Shown here: positions 27,779-38,300 of the stretch, in pieces
Layout of the letters: every line of letters begins with the position of its first letter
How positions within the stretch are numbered: the first letter of the stretch is position 1
Assembly (NCBI GenBank): GCA_014803525.1
Contig: JAAVBP010000002.1
Location: forward strand, 6,492-70,491
Length of the DNA: 64,000 bases
Direction of reading: 5' to 3'
Source: a bacterium
GTDB lineage: Bacteria > Pseudomonadota > Alphaproteobacteria > Rs-D84
Position numbers and translations under genes: made by a program
Notes under the pieces: generated by a model
Seen by the model: only the letters and a program-made list of their open reading frames with translations
What the model was told of the DNA's origin: nothing
Databases searched by the model: none

Positions 27779-29528
27779 ATTTCCAATTTGCCGGAATATC
27801 CGCATAATCGTCCAGCCCCGTGTCACCATCATAACACGAATCAACCCGGTCCGTGGTTGCGTTTGGCCATATTTCATATAAGTATTTGCCATTTATTTTT
27901 GCAGACGGCCCCGTCAGGGATGCACAACCACAAAACATGCGCGTAAACATACCCGGTTGCGTCGTGCCAGATATATCACCGAACAGGTTTTCTGGAATAG
28001 ACGTCAGACCACTGCACCCATAAAATATGCCGTTGAACATACTCTCTGCCGGGGTACCAAATATCCCCGCAAACAGGTTTTCCGGAATCGCCCCAGAAAG
28101 ACCACTGCATCCATTAAATGTATAATAGAACATAGCCCTCGCCGGGGCACCAGATATCCCCGCAAACAGATTTTCTGGGATCGAACCAGAAAGACCACTG
28201 CATCCAGCAAATGTCTCGCCGAACATATCCCCCGCCGGCGCCCCCGATATCCCAGCAAATAAATTTTCCGGGATCGGACCAGAAAGACCACTGCACCCAT
28301 AAAATGTGGCGTGGAACATATATACTGACGGCGCACCAGATATACCCGCGAACAGTTTTTCAGGAATCGAACCGGTCAGCCCGCTACAGTTACGAAATGT
28401 ATTGTTGAACATAAATAACGCCGGCGCACCCGATATCCCAGCAAATAAATTTTCCGGGATCGACCCAGAAAGACCACTGCACCCAGAAAAGGTGCCGCTG
28501 AACATATACCATGCTGGTGTGCCAGATATCCCCGCAAACAGGTTTTCCGGTATCGAACCAGAAAGGTTGCTGCATCCAGAAAATGTGCTGCTGAACATAT
28601 ACGTCGCCGGCGCCCCAGATACCCCAGCAAACAATTTTTCAGAAATCGAACCAGAAAGGCCGCTGCATCCAGAAAATGTGCTGCTGAACATACTCCGCGC
28701 CGGCGCGCCAGATATCCCCACGAACAGCTTTTCAGGAATATGGCCCGACAGATTTACACAATCTTGAAATGTGCCTTCAAACATATTCATGGCAGAACCA
28801 GATACACCAACAAACAGGTCTTCTGGGATCGTTCCACCCAGATTTGTACACCCCATAAAGGTGTGATAAAATCGCGGCTGATTGCTACTGCTGCCTCCTT
28901 TGCCAATTGTGGGAAACACCGCGCCCAGACGACCCGATATACCCATAATATTCTGATTACCTGCGAATGATATCACCGGAACAATGGGATTTGGATAATT
29001 GTCAGGCGAATACCCCTTAACATATCCACCAATACCGATCATGTATTCGCCGGGCGCAGTGTATGTATGAACGTATGTTGATGCCGTTGTGTCCTCGCGC
29101 TTTATAACGTCATACGTACCATCGCCCCAGTAAATCTGAAACACACCAGACGCAGACATGGTAAATTCAAACTCCGTTGTATCCGCGGTGGTTGTTACGA
29201 AAAACTTTGGCTCTATCTTAACCAGGCGATCCGCCGCATCAATTGCCGCAACGGTGTCGGCCGCATACTGTGTGGCAAACGCGCCATTGCCATAGTCTGT
29301 GGTTGACGTGCCATTTAATATCTTGTTCGCGCGATCCACCGCCGTCAGCAGGTATTTCATATTTGCCGCAACCTTTACGTTTTGCAGCACCGGGTTGTAC
29401 GGAACCGTGATCCCCCATTTTTGTTCAATCAGCAGGTGGATGTATTCAACATTGACCATTTCGGCGGCGCGTGCGGAATTACAAAGAAAACAGCCCACAA
29501 AACCCAATAAAATTAATAACTTGCGCAT
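27777..29528 (-). CDS. Secreted BspA/DUF285-like repeat surface protein, paralog 2 (583 aa)
   Basis: Signal peptide MRKLLILLGFVGCFLCNSARA. Same N-domain and C-terminal INGKYLYEIWPNA..IPANWK as paralog 1. Units MFxxTFSGCSGLSGSIPENLFAGISGAPA. Confidence 0.75.
   Translation of the reverse strand: MRKLLILLGFVGCFLCNSARAAEMVNVEYIHLLIEQKWGITVPYNPVLQNVKVAANMKYLLTAVDRANKILNGTSTTDYGNGAFATQYAADTVAAIDAADRLVKIEPKFFVTTTADTTEFEFTMSASGVFQIYWGDGTYDVIKREDTTASTYVHTYTAPGEYMIGIGGYVKGYSPDNYPNPIVPVISFAGNQNIMGISGRLGAVFPTIGKGGSSSNQPRFYHTFMGCTNLGGTIPEDLFVGVSGSAMNMFEGTFQDCVNLSGHIPEKLFVGISGAPARSMFSSTFSGCSGLSGSISEKLFAGVSGAPATYMFSSTFSGCSNLSGSIPENLFAGISGTPAWYMFSGTFSGCSGLSGSIPENLFAGISGAPALFMFNNTFRNCSGLTGSIPEKLFAGISGAPSVYMFHATFYGCSGLSGPIPENLFAGISGAPAGDMFGETFAGCSGLSGSIPENLFAGISGAPARAMFYYTFNGCSGLSGAIPENLFAGIFGTPAESMFNGIFYGCSGLTSIPENLFGDISGTTQPGMFTRMFCGCASLTGPSAKINGKYLYEIWPNATTDRVDSCYDGDTGLDDYADIPANWK
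27909..28874 (-). repeat. In-frame tandem coding repeats, mostly 93-nt (31-aa) period, about 10 units
   Basis: The motif recurs over aa 219-540. The repeats generate several long antisense ORFs (27957..28767). Confidence 0.85.
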
Positions 29529-29654
29529 TCTTTCTCCTCTGCCTGATAAAAAGGGTGGTTTCGATTAGGCATAGTTTTGGCGCAAAAAACACTGGATTTG
29601 CGGGGGTATTTTTTCTAATATTTATACGTAATTAAAGGACCCTTTTTTTACGGC
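29529..29654 (-). promoter_or_regulatory. Conserved 5' leader/promoter block of the repeat-protein genes (copy 2)
   Basis: Alignable with 2479..2604. The same 72-bp core is flanked by 16-bp inverted repeats (29546-29561 ATAAAAAGGGTGGTTT; 29634-29649 AAAGGACCCTTTTTTT). Confidence 0.55.
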
Positions 29655-29746
29655 AAAAATGAATGAAGTTATATGGATTGTTTCTGGGGTATATTAATAT
29701 AAAAACGCGCCGAAATCGGCGCGTTTTTGGGTGTGAGAAACATAAA

Positions 29747-30808
29747 TTATTCGGCAGATAATTCCGCACGAACATTTGCAATCGCCGCCGCGCGTTCTGC
29801 AATCGCCCCATTCAGGTCCGCATTGGTTAAACCATACGCATGACGAATGGAATTTGCAAATGCCAACGCATCACTGTTACCATGCGTTTTAACCGCAAAT
29901 CCCTTTAGCCCCAAGAACATTGCACCCGCATATGAACGCGGATCAATCTTGTGCTTTAGCCGTTTAAACACATGAATCAGGAAAAACGCCCCAATTTTTG
30001 CCAGCCACGATTTCTGCAAATTTTCTTTCAATACGCGCTTGATCAGGCGGGCGGTACCCTCAACAGTTTTTAACACCACATTACCGGTAAATCCGTCGGT
30101 CACCACAACCTGGACCACGCCGGCACTGATATCAGACCCTTCGACAAAACCGATATATTCGTACGGCAATTCATCTTTATGCGCGGTCAAAACATGATTC
30201 AGATGCTGCAGCGTTTCGTTGCCCTTGGTATCTTCTTCGCCGATATTTAACACGCCCAATTTTGGTCGCGGCATATTACCAATTTTTTCGGCATAAACAC
30301 TGCCCAGTACCGCAAAGTCAAACAGGTTTTCTGCATCACACTGAATATTTGCGCCCAAATCCAACATAACAACGCGACTGTCCCCGCCACCGGACGGCAA
30401 CATTGTTGTAATTGCCGGGCGCGAAATCCCATCAATCGTTTTCAGGGCCAGTTTCGCCAGCGACATCAGAACACCGGTATTACCCGCACTGATAACCGCG
30501 CTGCTGCTTCCTTCACGTACGTCTTTTATCGCCATGTACATGGATGTATCCTGGGCATGGCGGATGACATCGCGAACCTTGTCCGTTGCACGAATGGCAT
30601 TAGGCGCATGGATGATTTCAGAATTGCGCGCCACACGCGGATATTTCGCAGCCAGGCGGCGCAACAGTTTTTCATCACCAAAAACGCGAAAGAAAACATT
30701 CGCATCCATATTCTGATACAAGAATTGATTCATGCCGCCATATACGGCACCGGGCCCCTTGTCCCCGCCCATTGCATCAATTGCTATTACTTTTTTTTCA
30801 GATGACAT
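29747..30808 (-). CDS. plsX: Phosphate acyltransferase
   Basis: IAIDAMGGDKGP N-terminal motif. Located downstream of rpmF as usual. Confidence 0.9.
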   Translation of the reverse strand: MSSEKKVIAIDAMGGDKGPGAVYGGMNQFLYQNMDANVFFRVFGDEKLLRRLAAKYPRVARNSEIIHAPNAIRATDKVRDVIRHAQDTSMYMAIKDVREGSSSAVISAGNTGVLMSLAKLALKTIDGISRPAITTMLPSGGGDSRVVMLDLGANIQCDAENLFDFAVLGSVYAEKIGNMPRPKLGVLNIGEEDTKGNETLQHLNHVLTAHKDELPYEYIGFVEGSDISAGVVQVVVTDGFTGNVVLKTVEGTARLIKRVLKENLQKSWLAKIGAFFLIHVFKRLKHKIDPRSYAGAMFLGLKGFAVKTHGNSDALAFANSIRHAYGLTNADLNGAIAERAAAIANVRAELSAE

Positions 30809-30878
30809 GATGTATTAAAAAAAGCAGATTGGGTGCAATCTGCATGCCCCCAAATCTGCCCTTATATCCCCACATTTA

Positions 30879-31028
30879 TTATTTTGCACCACATGCAGCA
30901 CATACGTGATGCGGACGCTTTTTTTCGCCACATGACTTGCATACAGTGGACGGCATTACAGACAAAGCATCATGAGAGCGACGCTGTGCGCTGCGTGCTT
31001 TACTTGTTTTACTTTTTGGCGTTGCCAT
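30879..31028 (-). CDS. rpmF: 50S ribosomal protein L32 (49 aa, below ORF-track cutoff)
   Basis: Manual translation gives MATPKSKTSKARSAQRRSHDALSVMPSTVCKSCGEKKRPHHVCAACGAK, upstream of plsX. Confidence 0.85.
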   Translation of the reverse strand: MATPKSKTSKARSAQRRSHDALSVMPSTVCKSCGEKKRPHHVCAACGAK

Positions 31029-31143
31029 TTTAAATCCTTTTATTTTTTTAACTTCGTACTATTTTATTTATTTTCCCAGCGTTTGCAAGGAAAATTTACA
31101 CCCGGGCACCCCATATTACATGGCACCCGGGTATTCATTTTTT

Positions 31144-34100
31144 TTAGATGTTCAGCAACTGCTGATGCGCGCCACCTTCGCGTGCCAGGCGTTCGGCTTT
31201 TTCCTCTTCCTTGGCGATTTCGCGAACACGACGTACATACGCACCAGTTCCAATCGGAATCAGTCGACCAACAATCAGGTTTTCATTGATACCAACCAAT
31301 TTATCGGTTGCACCGTTGATCGCGGCATCAACCAATACCTTGGTTGTCTGCTGGAACGACGCATTAGAAATGAACGAACGTGATGTCAATGACGCACGTG
31401 TCAATCCAACCAGAACCTGGGATGCAACCGCCACTTTGCCACCGTCGCGCGCGACGCGTGCATTTTCTTCTTCGAAATCAACACGGTCAACAACCTGGCC
31501 CATCAAGAATCCTGTGTCACCCGGGTTTGTGATTTCAACACGGCGTGTCATTTCACGGATCAAGATTTCAATGTGCTTGTCGTTAATTACCACGCCTTGC
31601 AAACGATAAACCTGCTGAATCTGTTCAACCATAAAGGTTGCCAAGGCTTTCTGGCCCAAGATACGCAGAATATCCTGAGGTACCGGGTCACCATCGACCA
31701 ATTTATCGGCCTTGCGTACGACATCACCGCTGCGCACCAACAGGTTTGTACCCTTTGGCACTGCGTATTCAACAGGCGCCGTACCATCATCCGGTTCAAT
31801 GCGGATAATAATCTTGGACTTGTTATCTTCCAGATCGATTGTACCATCAACCTCTGCCAACAGGGCCGGGTTGGACGGACGACGAACTTCCAACAATTCT
31901 TCTACTCGTGGCAGACCGCCGGTAATATCGCTGGTACGTTTGGTCTGGACCGGGATACGCGCCAGAATATCACCAGCCGCAACACGGTCGCCATTCGCAA
32001 CATTCAATACGGAATACATCGGCAACAGGTATTCAGCAATCTTTTTACCACCCAGCGAGATTACATTACCCTTGTCATCAACCAATGTGACCGCAGGTTT
32101 CAACGCCTTTTTCGTGTTTGTTTTCCAGTTAATAACCTTGCGGGAAACGATACCGGTCATGGAATCAACTTCTTCCTGATACGATACGTTTTCAACCAGG
32201 TCGTTAAAGTTCACAATACCATCTTTTTCAGCGATGATCGTGTTGGAATACGGATCCCATTCAGCCACTTTTGCGCCCTTTTCAACCGCGTCGCCATCGT
32301 TGACAATCAACATGGATGCATACGGCAAGGATGCTGTGAACAGGTTGGCGCCTTTGTCATCAACAACGGACAATTCACCGTTACGTGACAACACTACAAC
32401 GCGACCAGCCGAGTTTTTAATCGTATTAACACCTGTTAACTTAATCTTACCGGCAACAGGAACTTCGATAAAGTGGCTTTCTGCACCACCGGCCGCAATA
32501 CCACCAATGTGGAAGGTACGCAACGTCAACTGGGTACCAGGTTCACCAATGGACTGACCCGCGATAACACCAACCGCTTCGCCAACGTGTACCAGCGCAT
32601 TGCGCGACAAATCCATACCATAGCATTTTGCGCACAGACCGTCACTGCAGCATGTCAGCACACTGCGAACGTCAACGCTCGGCAGGCCGGATTCGTTAAT
32701 CTTTTTCGCGGCAGATTTTGTAATCAGTTCGCCCTTTGGTACAATCATTTCCTTGGTAATCGGATGAACGATGTCATTGGCCGCAGTGCGTCCCAAAACA
32801 ACATCACCCAATGCCACGGACAGTGTAGATCCCTGGTATACCGGTTTTGCCGTAATATATTCAGATGTACCACAATCATGTTCTGTAATAACAGTATTTT
32901 GTGCCAATTCAACCAAACGACGTGTCAGGTATCCAGCCTCAGCTGTTTTCAACGCCGTATCCGACATACCCTTACGCGCACCGTGGGTGGATGTAAAGTA
33001 TTCAGACATGGTCAGACCTTCTTTAAAGTTCGAGATAATCGGAACTTCAATAATAGAACCGTCTGGCTTCTGCATCATACCACGCATACCGGCCAACTGC
33101 TGAATCTGACGTTTAGAGCCACGGGCACCAGACAACGCCATCATCAATACAGAATTCCATCCATCGCCAGATGTTTTGCCCAATGCCGCATATGCCAAGT
33201 CACCAAGCTCGTCGGTTGTTTTCTGCCACAAGTCAATCAATTTATTGTGACGTTCACCACCAGACAATAAACCATTCTGGTACTGCTGTTCAATTTCTTC
33301 GGCGGCTTTTTCTGCCTTGGCAATCATAGTGGTCTTTTCTTCCGGAATTACAATATCGTCGAAACCGATTGAAATACCACTGCGCGCCGCTTGTTCGAAA
33401 CCTGTGTTTTTCAACGCGTCGGCCAACAGAATTGTTTCTTTGTCACCGCAACGTTCGTATGTTGTGGCAAGCAGTGCCTTGATTTCTTTTACCGGCATAA
33501 CCTTGTTAACCAAATCAAACGGCATTTTGTCAGATTTCGGCAACAGTTCGCCCAAAATCATACGGCCGGCTGTTGTCTTATAAATTTTACCATTAATACG
33601 CGCAACAATTGGTGTGTGCAATGTGATAGATTTGTTTTCCAATGCCAACTGCACTTCGTCCATGTTCGCAAAACGCGGTGATTTTTCAGTGTGTTCGCCA
33701 TTAATCAGCGAGATATAGTACACACCCAAAACCATGTCCTGGGACGGCACAATCATGGGTTCACCACTGGCCGGGGACAGAACGTTGTTGGACGACAACA
33801 TCAATGTACGCGCTTCCAATTGCGCTTCCAATGAAATCGGAACGTGAACAGACATCTGGTCACCGTCAAAGTCAGCGTTAAAGCCCTTGCACACCAACGG
33901 GTGCAGACGGATCGCTTTACCTTCGATCAAAACCGGTTCAAATGCCAACAGTGACAAACGGTGCAATGTCGGCGCACGGTTCAACAGAACCGGGTGCTGG
34001 TAAATAACCTTTTCCAGGATTTCCCATACGATGTCTTCGCCGTTTTCAACCATTTTACGTGCGGTTTTCAATGTGTTTGCATAATCCCCCGCAAGCAAAC

Positions 34101-35253
34101 GTGCATAAACGAACGGTTTGAACAATTCCAATGCCATTGTTTTCGGCAGACCCACCTGATGCAATTTCAGGTTCGGCCCCGACACAATAACAGAACGACC
34201 GGAATAGTCCACACGTTTACCCAACATGTTCATACGGAAACGACCGGATTTACCACGCAAAGAATCAGACAATGATTTCAACGGACGACGATTCTGGGAA
34301 ACCATCGGGCGCGCTTTGTGGCCGTTATCGAACAGGGAATCAACCGCTTCTTGCAACATGCGCTTTTCATTGCGAACAATGATTTCCGGCGCGTGCATTT
34401 CCATAAATCTTTTCAGACGATTGTTACGGATGATAACACGACGATACAAATCGTTCAGGTCAGATGCCGCGACGTGCCCCGCATCCAATGTGACCAATGG
34501 GCGCATATCTGGCGGGATAACCGGGATAATATCCGGTAACATCCATGCCGGTTCCGTTTTGGAATCCAAGAACGCCTCAACCAATTTCAATTGCTTGATC
34601 AGGGCCTTGCGCTTGGTTTCTGATTTTGTTTCCTGTAATTCTGCACGCAGACGCGTACGTTCATCGCCCATATCCAGGCTGGAAATAATGCTGCGTACGC
34701 CTTCGGCACCGATGCCAACGCGGAACGCATCCGGGCCAAATTCTTCAACGGCCGCCTGGTATTCATCTTCGCTGATAACATCATATTGTTTCAGGTTTGT
34801 TAAACCCGGTTCAATAACGATGTATGCATCGTATGAAATAACCTGTTCCAACTTTTTCTGGGGCAGATTGTTCAGCAATGTGGCAATTTTACCCTCACGC
34901 AGGAACCAAGTATGCGCAACCGGCATGGCCAGTTTAATGTGTCCCATGTTTTCACGGCGAACCGACGATGGGCCAACAACCACACCGCACTTTTCGCAAA
35001 CAACGCCGCGGAATTTGATGCGTTTATATTTTCCGCATGCGCACTCATAATCCTTGACTGGTCCAAAAATCTGCTGACAGAACAGACCTTCTGCTTCTGG
35101 TTTTAAAGAATGATAGTTTATTGTTTCCGGCTTCTTTACCTCGCCATGGGACCAGGACAGAATTTCTTCTGGTGATGCAATGGTGATGCGCAGTGCGTCA
35201 AACTGTTCCTTTGTTTCAATTTGTCCGAATATCTTCTGCAACATATTTGTCAT
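31144..35253 (-). CDS. rpoC: DNA-directed RNA polymerase subunit beta'
   Basis: NADFDGDQMSVHVP catalytic motif; 1369 aa; follows rpoB. Confidence 0.97.
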   Translation of the reverse strand: MTNMLQKIFGQIETKEQFDALRITIASPEEILSWSHGEVKKPETINYHSLKPEAEGLFCQQIFGPVKDYECACGKYKRIKFRGVVCEKCGVVVGPSSVRRENMGHIKLAMPVAHTWFLREGKIATLLNNLPQKKLEQVISYDAYIVIEPGLTNLKQYDVISEDEYQAAVEEFGPDAFRVGIGAEGVRSIISSLDMGDERTRLRAELQETKSETKRKALIKQLKLVEAFLDSKTEPAWMLPDIIPVIPPDMRPLVTLDAGHVAASDLNDLYRRVIIRNNRLKRFMEMHAPEIIVRNEKRMLQEAVDSLFDNGHKARPMVSQNRRPLKSLSDSLRGKSGRFRMNMLGKRVDYSGRSVIVSGPNLKLHQVGLPKTMALELFKPFVYARLLAGDYANTLKTARKMVENGEDIVWEILEKVIYQHPVLLNRAPTLHRLSLLAFEPVLIEGKAIRLHPLVCKGFNADFDGDQMSVHVPISLEAQLEARTLMLSSNNVLSPASGEPMIVPSQDMVLGVYYISLINGEHTEKSPRFANMDEVQLALENKSITLHTPIVARINGKIYKTTAGRMILGELLPKSDKMPFDLVNKVMPVKEIKALLATTYERCGDKETILLADALKNTGFEQAARSGISIGFDDIVIPEEKTTMIAKAEKAAEEIEQQYQNGLLSGGERHNKLIDLWQKTTDELGDLAYAALGKTSGDGWNSVLMMALSGARGSKRQIQQLAGMRGMMQKPDGSIIEVPIISNFKEGLTMSEYFTSTHGARKGMSDTALKTAEAGYLTRRLVELAQNTVITEHDCGTSEYITAKPVYQGSTLSVALGDVVLGRTAANDIVHPITKEMIVPKGELITKSAAKKINESGLPSVDVRSVLTCCSDGLCAKCYGMDLSRNALVHVGEAVGVIAGQSIGEPGTQLTLRTFHIGGIAAGGAESHFIEVPVAGKIKLTGVNTIKNSAGRVVVLSRNGELSVVDDKGANLFTASLPYASMLIVNDGDAVEKGAKVAEWDPYSNTIIAEKDGIVNFNDLVENVSYQEEVDSMTGIVSRKVINWKTNTKKALKPAVTLVDDKGNVISLGGKKIAEYLLPMYSVLNVANGDRVAAGDILARIPVQTKRTSDITGGLPRVEELLEVRRPSNPALLAEVDGTIDLEDNKSKIIIRIEPDDGTAPVEYAVPKGTNLLVRSGDVVRKADKLVDGDPVPQDILRILGQKALATFMVEQIQQVYRLQGVVINDKHIEILIREMTRRVEITNPGDTGFLMGQVVDRVDFEEENARVARDGGKVAVASQVLVGLTRASLTSRSFISNASFQQTTKVLVDAAINGATDKLVGINENLIVGRLIPIGTGAYVRRVREIAKEEEKAERLAREGGAHQQLLNI

Positions 35254-35342
35254 ATATTTTGCTCCTTAGCTGTCGCTTTCACAGTATTGTCGCGCGTACC
35301 GGACGTGATGAAATTATCACCACACCCGGCACGCAGCCGTTT

Positions 35343-38300
35343 TTAATCTACTTTCTTTGGTGTCATGGCCAAGCCCAAACCTTTCAGTTCGCGCACGAAC
35401 ACGTTAAAGGCTTCTGGCGTGCCGGTTTGGATATCATTGCTGCCGGAAATGATGGATTCGTACATCTTGTTACGGCCAACGATATCGTCAGACTTTACCG
35501 TCAACATTTCACGTAACAGGTGTGCCGCACCATGCGCTTCCAGTGCCCAAACCTCCATTTCACCCAGTCGCTGACCACCCATGTGGGCCTTACCGGACAA
35601 CGGCTGCTGTGTTACCAATGAATAGTTACCGATTGAACGTGCGTGAATCTTTTCATCCACAAAGTGATGCAGTTTCAGCATGTACATAATACCAACGGTG
35701 ACTGGACGTGCAAACTTTTCACCGGTCATACCGTCGTACAGATCAAACTGACCTGTTTCCGGCAGCCCCGCCAGTTTCAGCATGCTGCGAATATCTTCTG
35801 GGGTCGCACCGTCAAATGTCGGTGTTGCCATCGGCACACCATCACGCAACAGTGCCGCCTCTGCCCGGACATCGGTATCCGTCATCTTTTCCAATTTTTC
35901 TGCAACGTCTTTGCCATAGATTTTGCCCATAATGCTGCGCAAATCATCGGTTACCGCACGTTTGGCCTTTACTTCTTCCAGGACCACACCAATCTGGGCA
36001 CCCAATGTGCGCGCCGCCATACCAAGGTGGGTTTCCAAAATCTGGCCAATGTTCATACGCGACGGCACACCCAACGGATTCAGAACCAGGTCAACCGGCG
36101 TACCATCTGCCAGGTGCGGCATATCTTCGACAGGCACAACCTTGGATACAATACCCTTGTTTCCGTGACGACCCGCCATTTTATCACCCGGCTGCAGTTT
36201 CATCTTGTGCGCGATGTAAACCTTGACCTCTTTCAATACACCTGCGTTCAAAGAATTGGATTCCGTCGCCTTTGAAACCTCTGCATCTGCACGCTCGTTC
36301 AACAATTTCAGTTTAACAACATGCTGTTCGCGCAGTTCATCGATTTTCGCCTGGACTTCCTTATTCTTCACAACCAGCTTTTTAACATCCGATGCCTTGA
36401 TACCTTCGAATACTTCCGCTGTCAGCTTCTTGCCGATGAACGGTTTCAAGCTGCCAGTGCCGGATTCGATGGTCTGACCTTCGGCAATTTGGAAAATCTG
36501 GTCTGCAAAGCCCTTTTCGATGATGGCTGTTTCTTCATCGCGGTCTTTGTTGATCTTTTCTATTTTCTGCAGTTCAATCATCTGGGTGCGTTCGTCTTTC
36601 TTGACACCATGACGTGTCAAAACGTTAACACCGATAACTGTACCTTCTTCGTTCGGGCCAACACGCAGTGATGTATCCTTTACATTCAATGCCTTTTCAC
36701 CAAAGATGTTGCGCAGCAACGCTTCTTCGGGGGTCAGCAGTGTTTCGGACTTCGGCGACACACGGCCAACCAAAATATCACCCTGTTTCACACGTGCACC
36801 AACATAAATGATACCGGATTCGTCCAGGTTTTTCAGGGCATCTTCACCAACGTTTGGAATATCACGGGTAAAGCTTTCCGGCCCCAGTTGCGTATCACGA
36901 ACCTTGAATTCTTTTTCAACAATCTTGATGGATGTGAACACATCATCACGTGAAATACGTTCGGAAATAACGATAGAGTCTTCATAGTTATAACCACGCC
37001 ACGGCATAAATGCCACCAATACGTTGCGGCCCAATGCCAATTCACCATAATTCATTGACGCACCGTCCGCGATAATGTCACCCGCAGAAATACGGTCACC
37101 AACCTTTACCAACGGTTTCTGGTGAATCAGGGTTTCACTGTTACTGCGTTCAAATTTTTCCAGGTTATAAATATCTACACCTGTCACAACGTTGCGGCTG
37201 TTCATGCACTTTACCACGATACGGTTTGCATCCACTGATTCAACCACACCACTGTGTTTTGCAACAACACCTGTGCGGGAATCGCGTGCAACTTCGCGTT
37301 CGATACCGGTACCAACCAATGGTGCCTGAACGCGCATCAATGGAACCGCCTGGCGCTGCATGTTTGAACCCATCAAGGCACGGTTCGCGTCGTCATTTTC
37401 AACGAACGGGATCAGACCTGTGGCAATGGATACCACCTGGCGCGGTTCAACGTCGATTAAATCAACTTCATCTTTTGGCACCATGGTAAATTCGCCGTCA
37501 ACACGGGCTGTTACCATATCTTCGGCCAAAACACCGGCCGCGGTTGTCGGGGTATTACCCTGGGCAATTTTGTGTCCCAATTCTTCATCCGCCGTCAGAT
37601 ATACCATTTCTTTGGTGATCTTACTGTCTTTTACAACATAATATGGTGTTTCGATAAAGCCATACGGATTTACACGCGCATATGTAGACAAGTGGTTAAT
37701 CAGACCAATATTCGCACCTTCGGGTGTGTGAATTGGGCACAGACGTCCATAGTGTGTCGGATGAACGTCGCGGACGTCAATGCCGGCGCGTTCACGGTTC
37801 AAGCCCCCAGGACCCAACGCAGAAATCAAACGTTTGTGTTCCAATTCGGACAACGGATTATAAGAATCCATAAACTGGGACAGCTGGGACGTACCCAAGA
37901 ATTCAGCAACCAACGACATCAACGGTTTTACATTGATTACATCCTGGGGCTGCATATTTGCGATGTTCGGACTGGACAATGCTTCACGAACCAGACGTTC
38001 GATACGAACCATACCAGTGCGGAAATTCTGTTCTAACAATTCACCAACAGTACGAACACGACGATTGGACAGGTTATCGATATCATCAACAACATCCTTG
38101 CGATCAATAATGTTGGTCAATGTCTTTAACACTGCCAAAAAGTCTTCCTTAGACAACAGGCGTTCATCTTCTGGCTTTTTGCCGGATTCGATTTTCAAAC
38201 GCTTGTTCATCTTGAAACGCCCAACCGCCGACAGGTCATAGTATGCCGGATCGAATCCCTGGCGTGCGAACAGATTGGTTGCCGCCTCGATCGTTGGACG

